Positions 1-7,212 of a stretch of 37,619 nucleotides of DNA are shown piece by piece. The position numbers and the translations under genes were made by a program. Under the pieces are notes generated by a model. That model ran no database searches, was not told where the DNA came from, and worked only from the letters and a program-made list of their open reading frames with translations. The number at the start of each line of letters is the position of its first letter. The first letter of the stretch is position 1. The DNA lies in IMG/VR virus record IMGVR_UViG_3300041097_000033, positions 1 to 37,619 of that record; one strand, given 5' to 3'. Source of the DNA: a virus. Taxonomy: Duplodnaviria; Caudoviricetes.

Positions 1-294
1 TCATCGTATCCAATGCGCCCGGGGAGATTGGCGAGACCAGATGCCCGGGAGGATCGCAAGGGTGGTAATGACCAGGTTGCCAGTCATCAGTGCGCCGAAG
101 TAATGTTCCTCTGGCAACAGAAGCACGACAAAAAGAAAAATGATCTGGGCAAAGACCGCTGGAAAAAGCATGTCCACCGGGCGCAATTCGCGCAGCCATT
201 TTCGTGCCGGCGAGTGGATCCGCCTGAGCATGAGGAGGGTTATTGCCTGGCGATCTTCGTCAGTTAAGTTGTTAAATATTTCGTGCCAGTTCAT
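1..294 (-). CDS. Small membrane protein (2 predicted TM segments)
   Basis: Start re-assigned to ATG at 294 (MNWHEIF), 2 nt after the DUF3800 stop. Hydrophobic stretches FPAVFAQIIFLFVVLLL and GALMTGNLVITTLAIL. Confidence 0.6.
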   Translation of the reverse strand: MNWHEIFNNLTDEDRQAITLLMLRRIHSPARKWLRELRPVDMLFPAVFAQIIFLFVVLLLPEEHYFGALMTGNLVITTLAILPGIWSRQSPRAHWIR

Positions 295-296
295 TT

Positions 297-1046
297 CTAT
301 CTTCTGGACAAACAAGCAGGACAGGTACAGGTTCGATATGTAGCAATTTGATGCGAAAGCCCACAAATCTTGCCGTTGATATCATCAAATCGATTCTCAA
401 TGATATTCATGTATGCAATATCTTCCGCGTTGTAACGCCTGAATACAGCGTAAGCTATGTGGTCCGCCAATTGAACGATGCGACAGGCTCTTGAGTCTAC
501 AAATAAGGGCACCTCAATAGTCTCCTTTAAATAACCTCCCCACCGATTACCACTTTTGTGAATTTGCGAAGCCAGGTTTTGCAAACCCGATTCATAGGAC
601 GAGTTATCCAAAACCAAGATTCCGCGTTGCTTTTCTCCGGTTTCGACGGAAATTCTCTGGAGGTAACGATTAAAACGGCTGGTAATATCCTCGAAAGCAA
701 GGATGACTGCATCATCGTTCTGCCAGGATGCTTTGTGAATTGCCGAAGCAAAAAGTGTTATGTCTTTATTAGCCCCACCCAGAATGTTCAGGACTTTCTT
801 GATAATTGCAACCCGATCCATTCTAAATTTGATGATATTCCAGGGGAAGTTTTTACCATTGTATATTTCGGCGGCATGTAATTCAACGATTGCAGAATCT
901 GTCGGATTAAAAGAGCATGCGATTTTGTCGAGTTCTTCAGTCAGCCACCGCACACTGTTTTCTGGAACACTAAGACCTCCAAGGACAAAATATTGTTCCT
1001 TGGGGTTGAGGGAGGAACCCGAATCATCCAAATATAGAATGTGCAT
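297..1046 (-). CDS. DUF3800 family protein (RNase H-like fold, putative nuclease)
   Basis: N-terminal LYLDDSG, ELHAAEI, central LVLD and C-terminal QLADHIAY (QxxD) motifs typical of DUF3800. C-terminal CTCPAC. Start taken at MHILY (1046) because the upstream ATG lies in the terminator. Confidence 0.85.
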   Translation of the reverse strand: MHILYLDDSGSSLNPKEQYFVLGGLSVPENSVRWLTEELDKIACSFNPTDSAIVELHAAEIYNGKNFPWNIIKFRMDRVAIIKKVLNILGGANKDITLFASAIHKASWQNDDAVILAFEDITSRFNRYLQRISVETGEKQRGILVLDNSSYESGLQNLASQIHKSGNRWGGYLKETIEVPLFVDSRACRIVQLADHIAYAVFRRYNAEDIAYMNIIENRFDDINGKICGLSHQIATYRTCTCPACLSRR

Positions 1047-1055
1047 CAGGATTAA

Positions 1056-1086
1056 GCAATAAACCCCTTGTGAATTCACAAGGGGT
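1056..1086 (-). terminator. Intrinsic terminator between the ncRNA and the DUF3800 gene
   Basis: Perfect 24-bp palindrome ACCCCTTGTGAATTCACAAGGGGT (1063-1086) followed by TTATTG on the minus strand. Confidence 0.7.
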
Positions 1087-1161
1087 AATTAGTTCATGCA
1101 GCCGAGGGGGAGCCGTAGCACCCACGCGCACCGCACCAATGCAGCGCTCCCGACCGCATAA
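1058..1161 (-). ncRNA. Candidate structured RNA associated with DUF3800
   Basis: Nested stems AUGCGGUCG/CGGCUGCAU and GGAGC/GCUCC enclose two hairpins. G-U pairs form only on the minus strand. Bounded by a consensus promoter and a terminator. Confidence 0.7.
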
Positions 1162-1163
1162 TC

Positions 1164-1191
1164 ATTATAACTATTTCTAAATAATTGTCAA
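1164..1191 (-). promoter_or_regulatory. Sigma70-type promoter
   Basis: TTGACA (1191-1186), 16 nt, TATAAT (1169-1164) on the minus strand. Confidence 0.8.
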
Positions 1192-1207
1192 CAACCACTT
1201 TTTCCAT

Positions 1208-1588
1208 CTACCCCGTCCTCTTTGGCTTTAGCGACTTCAACTCTTTCTCCTTCCTTCTTCGTTCGATCTTGAGCTCTGCGATCTGACGTAGTTCGGCTTC
1301 ATCCTGGGGGTCCAGCTCAGTCAATAAATATTGCCAGTCTTCAAATGTGACATTCTCCCCACCGTCTGGTAATAGTCCTGCTTTGCGAAATGCCGTGATA
1401 GGAGATTTTTTGGTTGCATTAGCAATGCGAATCAAAGCATCCCATTTAGGCAATATGCCCTGACGCGCCTTGGAAAATACCGACGATGACAGTTTTGTTT
1501 CAACGGCCAATCGGTAATCTGTCCAGCCCCTTTCCTTTTCAATGGCATCAAGCCATTCAATAAAAATTTCAGTTCTCTCTTGAGACAT
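1208..1588 (-). CDS. XRE-family HTH phage repressor (CI-like, no peptidase domain)
   Basis: HTH pattern RGWTDYRLAVETKLSSSVFSKARQG..PKWDALIRIA and AFRKAGLL. Divergent from the early operon. Confidence 0.8.
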   Translation of the reverse strand: MSQERTEIFIEWLDAIEKERGWTDYRLAVETKLSSSVFSKARQGILPKWDALIRIANATKKSPITAFRKAGLLPDGGENVTFEDWQYLLTELDPQDEAELRQIAELKIERRRKEKELKSLKPKRTG

Positions 1589-1718
1589 ATTTGTTTGACT
1601 TGTGGCAATTATGGCATTCGAATAATTCTCTTGCGAGATGGCTTTAATTCTCTATTGACAACTAATTGACATAGTAGTAATATCGCTCCGCAGAGAGTTA
1701 TTACTATCTCAACAGAGA
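1574..1718. promoter_or_regulatory. Genetic switch: five TCTC-N4-GAGA operators and rightward promoter
   Basis: Operators at 1574, 1627, 1649 (TCTC..GACA), 1685 (GCTC..GAGA) and 1707. TTGACA 1655-1660, 17 nt, TAATAT 1678-1683. Confidence 0.7.
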
Positions 1719-1728
1719 AGGAACCCGA

Positions 1729-2001
1729 ATGGCAAACAGTGACTACGTGAAAATCCCGGTGACGCCCGAAGTCTATGAACAAGTGAAGACCATTTCGGAA
1801 GCGAATGGTTTCGGGGTGCGGGGATTGGGAAAGCAGATCGCAGCCTGGGCAGCCAGGGAGCTGCCGGAATGCGACCACAAAAAGCAACCTGTCCAGATCG
1901 AATATTTTCCAGATGGCGCAGACAGCCTGGATGAATCGCAGCGGTTTCGCAACGCCTGGTACTGCCCGACCTGCCGGCGTGTATACGTCCTCAACAAGTA
2001 A
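1729..2001 (+). CDS. Cro-position regulator: ribbon-helix-helix-like N-terminus plus Cys/His zinc motif
   Basis: YVKIPVTPEVYEQVKTISEANG (strand then helix); CDH...CPTC. First gene of the rightward operon, with AAGGA RBS. Confidence 0.55.
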   Translation: MANSDYVKIPVTPEVYEQVKTISEANGFGVRGLGKQIAAWAARELPECDHKKQPVQIEYFPDGADSLDESQRFRNAWYCPTCRRVYVLNK

Positions 2002-2102
2002 ATCAAACATGGTCATGTCATCTCTCCCGACCAGCATAGCACGAACGGAAGAGCCCGGCCAATTCAGCCGGCTATCAGCCCCGTTCGAGCAGGAGAGACG
2101 CC

Positions 2103-2322
2103 ATGAGCGACAAACCCAGACCCTGGCCGAATTTCGCGAAGGAAGCAAGAGATCGCAGTGCCGAAGAAGCCGCCCACATCGTGAACTGCCTAGTCGTCCT
2201 AATCGACGGCGGGAGGGATCTTCAACGATGCAGAGCGGACAAGGAGAGTGGCGAGCGCGTTGCTTGCTGCAAATCTGATCCTGAGACTGCTGGAGGCAAA
2301 TGGTGCGCCAACCAGACCATAG
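2103..2322 (+). pseudogene. Hypothetical protein with apparent +1 frameshift near 2211-2217
   Basis: AGGAG RBS before ATG 2103. The +1 frame continues IFNDAERTRRVASALL...PTRP and stops at 2322, abutting the next RBS. Confidence 0.5.
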
Positions 2323-2331
2323 GAGCAACCT

Positions 2332-2562
2332 ATGCTGATCATCATTTCAATTTTCCTGCTGCTGAAGAGTGCCTTGAAGCGTGAGTTCACCTGGCTGGAT
2401 ATCACCGTCGCGAGTTCCGTGAGATGGTCAATGAACATCGACGGTGCAGCGCCGGCGTGGCTGGAAATGATCGCCAATCTAACCGAACCGGCAATCCTGC
2501 CCGAAGCCTGGGCTGATTTTCTTTTTGATTGGAAAGAGGATCTACGCGGAGGTGTTCAATGA
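2332..2562 (+). CDS. Hypothetical protein
   Basis: AGGAG RBS; stop overlaps next start (ATGA). Confidence 0.6.
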   Translation: MLIIISIFLLLKSALKREFTWLDITVASSVRWSMNIDGAAPAWLEMIANLTEPAILPEAWADFLFDWKEDLRGGVQ

Positions 2563-2927
2563 ACGCGGTGATGTCTCCGAGACCGAGGGCGTTTCCGATC
2601 GGGCTGTTGATCCTGGTGATGCTGGCGGTGTTGATCGTGCCCATGCTGCAGATAGCAACCGATGCCGGGGTTTCAATGCATGCGGCGGTCAAACACGGAT
2701 CGAACGCTGCACTGGCTCAGCAGTGCAAGCAAAACCCGGAGAGCGTGCGATTCTACAACCCAGTCACGCGGCGAACGGGATTGGTCTGTGAGATAGATGG
2801 AAAATGGGCGGTGGTAATCCTGGATCAGTGGGGGAAAGAAATCACATCTTTTGTAAAAGAGAAGATGCGTACCTTTGACCAAGTGCTTCGTTACATGCGG
2901 AATGCCGGATACACCCTGATGCATTGA
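2559..2927 (+). CDS. Membrane-anchored/exported hypothetical protein
   Basis: GGAGG RBS, ATGA coupling, N-terminal hydrophobic helix IGLLILVMLAVLIVPML. Confidence 0.7.
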   Translation: MNAVMSPRPRAFPIGLLILVMLAVLIVPMLQIATDAGVSMHAAVKHGSNAALAQQCKQNPESVRFYNPVTRRTGLVCEIDGKWAVVILDQWGKEITSFVKEKMRTFDQVLRYMRNAGYTLMH

Positions 2928-2940
2928 TTCGGAGGATGCG

Positions 2941-3075
2941 ATGGAAATCATTGAGCTTGTCGGATGGGTTTTTCTTGGGGCGCTGATTTTGTTGACAGTG
3001 CTGGCGGCTGTGGCGTTCATGATCGCTCCGGAGGGAGTCGAGGACGAGGATGGATTTCATGAGATCAATGGATAA
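2941..3075 (+). CDS. 44-aa single-TM protein (not in ORF track)
   Basis: GGAGG RBS; translates MEIIELVGWVFLGALILLTVLAAVAFMIAPEGVEDEDGFHEING. Confidence 0.7.
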   Translation: MEIIELVGWVFLGALILLTVLAAVAFMIAPEGVEDEDGFHEING

Positions 3076-3169
3076 ACGCCCAAGCAAGACTGAGGTGATT
3101 CTAGCTGTTGTAGATCTGCTGCTTCTACCCATCTTTTTTATCGGATTTCTTTTGCTCTTTTCCATTTGA
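3068..3169 (+). CDS. 33-aa single-TM peptide (not in ORF track)
   Basis: Overlaps previous stop; translates MDKRPSKTEVILAVVDLLLLPIFFIGFLLLFSI. Confidence 0.5.
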   Translation: MDKRPSKTEVILAVVDLLLLPIFFIGFLLLFSI

Positions 3170-3196
3170 GAAAATCCCGCGTTGGGCTGACCTTGG

Positions 3197-3498
3197 TCCT
3201 GTTCCCCCACAGGAGCAAGCAGGACGACGTGAGATTGGTCAGTAGTGCAAGGCGCTGACCTTATTGGTAACCAACGACTCATGTCGTTGGTATGGGTGAC
3301 GGCGGCTCGAAGCCGCCTCACCCGATAGTGCGGGACCGGGCATTCTCCTCCCGGTCTCGCACCTGGGGCGAAGGAGCGGTTTACTCCCACATTCCGCTGG
3401 CTTTTGGCAGGTCCGAATCCTGCCCGCTCCACTGGGCTGTGCCCAATTCTTCTCCTCCTCCTTTGTAAAGCCGGCATCCCCTGGTAACGGATGCCGGC
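3197..3498 (+). ncRNA. Non-coding array of consecutive hairpins including two tRNA-like minihelices
   Basis: Stems at 3237-3260, 3270-3291, 3294-3323, 3328-3362, 3373-3431, 3433-3445 and 3470-3498. No credible + strand ORF. Confidence 0.6.
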
Positions 3499-3534
3499 AG
3501 AGGGGAGAACCCGAATTAAAAAAGGAAGGACGAT

Positions 3535-3954
3535 ATGAGCGAGTATCAAACCAATATCCCAGCAGTCCTGGTCGATGAACAGGAACTACGCGACCTGGTC
3601 GACCGCCTGACCAGGACAATGAATGTGGAAGCGAAGGTCAGCGTGCAGCTTGTCGTGGAAACAGATTCCATCGAGCTGTCGAGCATCATGGATAACCTTT
3701 GGGTCGCCTGCGATGCGCGGAAAGCCAGCCGGAAGAAAACGCCTAAAAAAGAAGGGAAGGAAACGCACAGGGGAACAATCGGCGGCGGAACCAGATCATT
3801 GACGAACGAAAAAACGAAAGCAGTCCTGTCCAGCGTTCTGGTCGCACGGGAAGTAAAAGCGGGGAACATTCCGAATAACACCACATTCATCAATTCACGC
3901 GGGGAGCGGTTGGTCGTGATGGACAAGGAATTGATCAAGGAGCCACAGTCATGA
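3535..3954 (+). CDS. Hypothetical protein
   Basis: AAGGA RBS; ATGA coupling to ParB. Confidence 0.7.
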   Translation: MSEYQTNIPAVLVDEQELRDLVDRLTRTMNVEAKVSVQLVVETDSIELSSIMDNLWVACDARKASRKKTPKKEGKETHRGTIGGGTRSLTNEKTKAVLSSVLVAREVKAGNIPNNTTFINSRGERLVVMDKELIKEPQS

Positions 3955-5627
3955 GCGCGTCAATCAATATCACGTTTATCGATCCGAATCCGTTCCAGCC
4001 GAGGAAGATGGAGGATCCGGAGGCGACGGCGAAGATCGCTGAGAGCATCCGGTCCGTGGGGCTGCTGCAGATTCCGTCAGCGAGGGAGGTGAATGGGCGG
4101 TTCCAGCTGGCGTTCGGGCATACACGCCTGGCGGCGTTGAAGCTGCTGGATGCGGTGACGATGCCATTGAACGTGGTGGAGCTGACGGACTTGCAGATGT
4201 TCGAGGCGGCAGTGAGTGAGAACATCCAGCGGCGGGATCTGAACCCGGTGGAAGTAGCCCAGGCGATGCAGCGTTATATGGATGAGTTTGGGAAGACGTC
4301 GGAGGAATGCGGGTTATTTTTCGGGGTGAGCGGGGCGACGGTGCGGGGAAAGGTTCGGCTGTTGGAGTTGCCGGGCGAGGCGCAGACGAAGCTGGCGGAG
4401 GGGGCGATCTCTGAGGGGACGGCGCGGACGCTGTTGTCGATGACGAGGGTGGCGTCAGAGGAGGAGATCAAGGAGACGTTGAAGGCGATCGAGGAAAACG
4501 AGGGTAATGAGGATCCCGAGGAGATCATCGAAAACGCAATCGGCGAAAGCCTTAATGTGGTCGAGATGCACCGGAGCTGGGATCAGGGGAAGCCGCGGGC
4601 GGGGCATGGGTTGTGGCTGCTGGATATGAAGAATTTTCCGAACAAGATGCTGCCGATGGTGACGAATGTCGATATGGTGAGGGCGCTCCACATCGAGAAC
4701 GATAAGAAAGCCCTGGAGTTTATCGAATTAAATAATTCGTTCCTGGCGGTCAGGGATATTTGGGCAGGTTCAAATAATGAAGTGGAATCCGAACGCGCCA
4801 AAATATTGACCCACTTGGGCGACCCGCCAGCATGCAGTGCCTGCCCATATTACATGACGATGAGCGGGACGCATTATTGCGGGATGAGGGTATGCCATGA
4901 GCGAAAGAAGGTTGCTTTCCTGGAACAGAAGAGGAAGGATATCAGCCGTACGCTGAAGATCGAGTTCTACCGGGAAGCGGACGGTGCATACCTGGTGCTT
5001 GATTCTTCCAATGATCGACATGAGAAGGCTTTTAAAGATCGCCTGACGGACCTGCGCCTATTGCCAAAAGAAGATTATCACAGGCGTGATTATGTCTGGC
5101 AACATTTCGAGGGGTTGGATGACGATGTGGTGCTGTTGGTGGCTGTGGGGGAATCGCTGAACAAGTTGGCAGTCGAGGGTTCGAGGAGCGTTGGGAAGAA
5201 GTCTGAGAAGGAGAAGGCGGAGATGCGGGCGATGCGCCAATATCGAATGCGCCGGAAGGAGTTGCTGTGGGAATACACGGCGGAGGCGCAGACGTTATTT
5301 GATGGCGTGCCGATGGATGCCTTGGAGATCATCAATCGATGGAGATTCATCGGCATTGATGACCGTATTCCTGACGAGCATACACCAAAAGAAAATGCGC
5401 CGGCGGGTGAAAAGTTGGAATACGAACGGCGTGAGCTGGTTTGGCGGTTGATCGTCGATGAGACATCGCATTATGAACGCGATGAGTTGGTGAATCTGCT
5501 GGAGGAATTTCGCAACATCACCCAGGTGCGGGCGTCGAAGTCGTTGGTGAAGCTGGCGAAGGAGTGGGATGCGGAGATCCACGACCTGGCGAGTGTTGCC
5601 ACGGAAACGAAGGGGAAGAAGAAATGA
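3951..5627 (+). CDS. parB: ParB/Spo0J-like protein with long C-terminal extension
   Basis: IDPNPFQPR, IAESIRSVGLLQ, GHTRLAA, ENIQRRDLNPVE and HTH. CxxC-containing C-terminal region. Confidence 0.85.
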   Translation: MSASINITFIDPNPFQPRKMEDPEATAKIAESIRSVGLLQIPSAREVNGRFQLAFGHTRLAALKLLDAVTMPLNVVELTDLQMFEAAVSENIQRRDLNPVEVAQAMQRYMDEFGKTSEECGLFFGVSGATVRGKVRLLELPGEAQTKLAEGAISEGTARTLLSMTRVASEEEIKETLKAIEENEGNEDPEEIIENAIGESLNVVEMHRSWDQGKPRAGHGLWLLDMKNFPNKMLPMVTNVDMVRALHIENDKKALEFIELNNSFLAVRDIWAGSNNEVESERAKILTHLGDPPACSACPYYMTMSGTHYCGMRVCHERKKVAFLEQKRKDISRTLKIEFYREADGAYLVLDSSNDRHEKAFKDRLTDLRLLPKEDYHRRDYVWQHFEGLDDDVVLLVAVGESLNKLAVEGSRSVGKKSEKEKAEMRAMRQYRMRRKELLWEYTAEAQTLFDGVPMDALEIINRWRFIGIDDRIPDEHTPKENAPAGEKLEYERRELVWRLIVDETSHYERDELVNLLEEFRNITQVRASKSLVKLAKEWDAEIHDLASVATETKGKKK

Positions 5628-6034
5628 GCGACGATACCGTTTCACAATGGGCGATCGTGGAATTGATGGGGCACAAGGTTGTCGCTGGATTGGTGACGAA
5701 GAGCGAGCAACTCGGCAAGCCCATGTTGCGGGTGGACGTGCCAGAGACGAGTGCCCATCCATCGTTCACGCAATTCTATGGCGAGACATCCATTTATTGC
5801 ATCACGTTTGTCAGCGAGGAGGTGGCCCGGCTGACGGCGGAGCGTTGCCAGGTTAATCCGGTCAGTGTTTATGTCCCGGATTTGATCACGCGAGAACAGC
5901 ATGATGAAGCAATCAATCAAATGCGTCAACGGCTTATAGATGATATCGATCGCGCTTCCCGCGGGCTTCCTGCCGGTTCCCAGCCTGACGAAGTTGATGA
6001 CGAGGAGAATGACGATGCCGACTTTGACGGATGA
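5624..6034 (+). CDS. Conserved phage hypothetical protein (WAIVELMGH type)
   Basis: ATGA-coupled start at 5624; acidic tail. Confidence 0.7.
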   Translation: MSDDTVSQWAIVELMGHKVVAGLVTKSEQLGKPMLRVDVPETSAHPSFTQFYGETSIYCITFVSEEVARLTAERCQVNPVSVYVPDLITREQHDEAINQMRQRLIDDIDRASRGLPAGSQPDEVDDEENDDADFDG

Positions 6035-6398
6035 GCAATTGGAGACGCAAGTGCGGGCGATCCTACTTTCCCATAAAGGGAAGGAACACCGCATCAGCCG
6101 CTGGCAGCTCGTGGAGACGATCTTCGGGCGGGAGGCGGCGCTGGATAGAGGAAACAACAACCCCTACGACCGGCGGATCCGGACAGTGATCGCTAAGTGG
6201 CGCGATCATGACCTGATCGTGTCATCGTCGAGCGTCGGCGGGTATTGGCTGGCTGCGACCATGCAAGATGTGGAATTGATCGCCGAGGAATACGTCAGCC
6301 GATCCAGGGAGATGGAAGAACGCGCCCGAAGTCTACGCCGGCGGGGAGTGGAAGTGTTCGGTCCGCAGATGCCGCTCTTTCCTCCGAAGGGAAATTGA
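6015..6398 (+). CDS. Winged-HTH DNA-binding protein
   Basis: GAGGAG RBS; ISRWQLV...DRRIRTVIAKWR...IVSS..GGYWLA wing pattern. Confidence 0.65.
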   Translation: MPTLTDEQLETQVRAILLSHKGKEHRISRWQLVETIFGREAALDRGNNNPYDRRIRTVIAKWRDHDLIVSSSSVGGYWLAATMQDVELIAEEYVSRSREMEERARSLRRRGVEVFGPQMPLFPPKGN

Positions 6399-6399
6399 G

Positions 6400-6615
6400 A
6401 TGCCCGTTACCCATTGCGCGATCTGCCATCGTCTGTTGACGGATGCAGCATCGGTTCGAATCGGGATCGGTCCGGAATGCCGATCGAAGCTGGTCAAGCG
6501 CGGCTGGAAGTTCCCGAAGCCGCAGTGGCGGGTCCGCAACGGACATGTCGAGCTGGTTGGGATGGTTGGTAAGTTGGAGCGACCCAAGGAAGAGAACGCG
6601 GAGGCCGAGAAATGA
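6400..6615 (+). CDS. DUF6011-like zinc-finger protein
   Basis: CAICHRLLTDAASVRIGIGPEC motif. Confidence 0.8.
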   Translation: MPVTHCAICHRLLTDAASVRIGIGPECRSKLVKRGWKFPKPQWRVRNGHVELVGMVGKLERPKEENAEAEK

Positions 6616-6945
6616 GCGATGTCGTATGTGCCTGGTGTTTGAGTGAGGAAATCGAGGTCATAGACCATGAGCATGCAATCTATCGCTGCCAGCGGTGTGG
6701 TGAGATCTTCAGCCGCCCTGTCACTATCCCCGAGCCTGGGAACGAGGTTCACGGGGGAGGGAGTGGTTACATTTCGGGATGTGACACGCTACCGATTGCA
6801 CAGGATGAAGGTGGAGGTGGCAGGGAAATACCCGAGTTTATCGGTGTGGTGCACGGCGATCCGGGGAAGGATTTTGACCCACTACTTTGAGGAGAAGGGC
6901 ATCAAAGAGTTCACCGGTGTACTGTGGCTGTTTTGGAAAGAGTGA
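6612..6945 (+). pseudogene. Zn-ribbon protein with apparent +1 frameshift near 6738-6757
   Basis: ATGA-coupled start with CAWC..CQRC. The protein-like continuation (RFTGEGVV...FWKE) is in the +1 frame and ends at 6945. Confidence 0.5.
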
Positions 6946-6996
6946 TTTTCCGTTTTACCAGAAAATGTAAAAACCACTTAACGAAAGGAAGCTGGC

Positions 6997-7212
6997 ATGG
7001 AATTCCGAGTCTACGTGAAATCAATCAAAGCGGATGTGGCAAAGAAGGAACTGACAATATCGTTTATCGCCGATCTGGATGATGCGAGCTTGGAGCAGGC
7101 TGAAGCGCTGTCTATGTTCGCACATAAGGATTCGCCCGCGGTGGATGTTGTTGTGAGCCCACTGCAAGGGACAATGGATGTCCTGCTGACGAAGAAGGGC
7201 GGTGAGGGATGA
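6997..7212 (+). CDS. Hypothetical protein
   Basis: AAAGGA RBS; ATGA coupling downstream. Confidence 0.7.
   Translation: MEFRVYVKSIKADVAKKELTISFIADLDDASLEQAEALSMFAHKDSPAVDVVVSPLQGTMDVLLTKKGGEG

Noticed and set aside
3373-3431. Functional tRNA gene
   Set aside because: No D-arm or anticodon arm and no encoded CCA; reported as tRNA-like only.
2842-3549. 235-aa minus-strand ORF across the hairpin array
   Set aside because: Low-complexity Arg/Pro/Ser-rich translation, antisense to RBS-led genes; better explained as non-coding structure.
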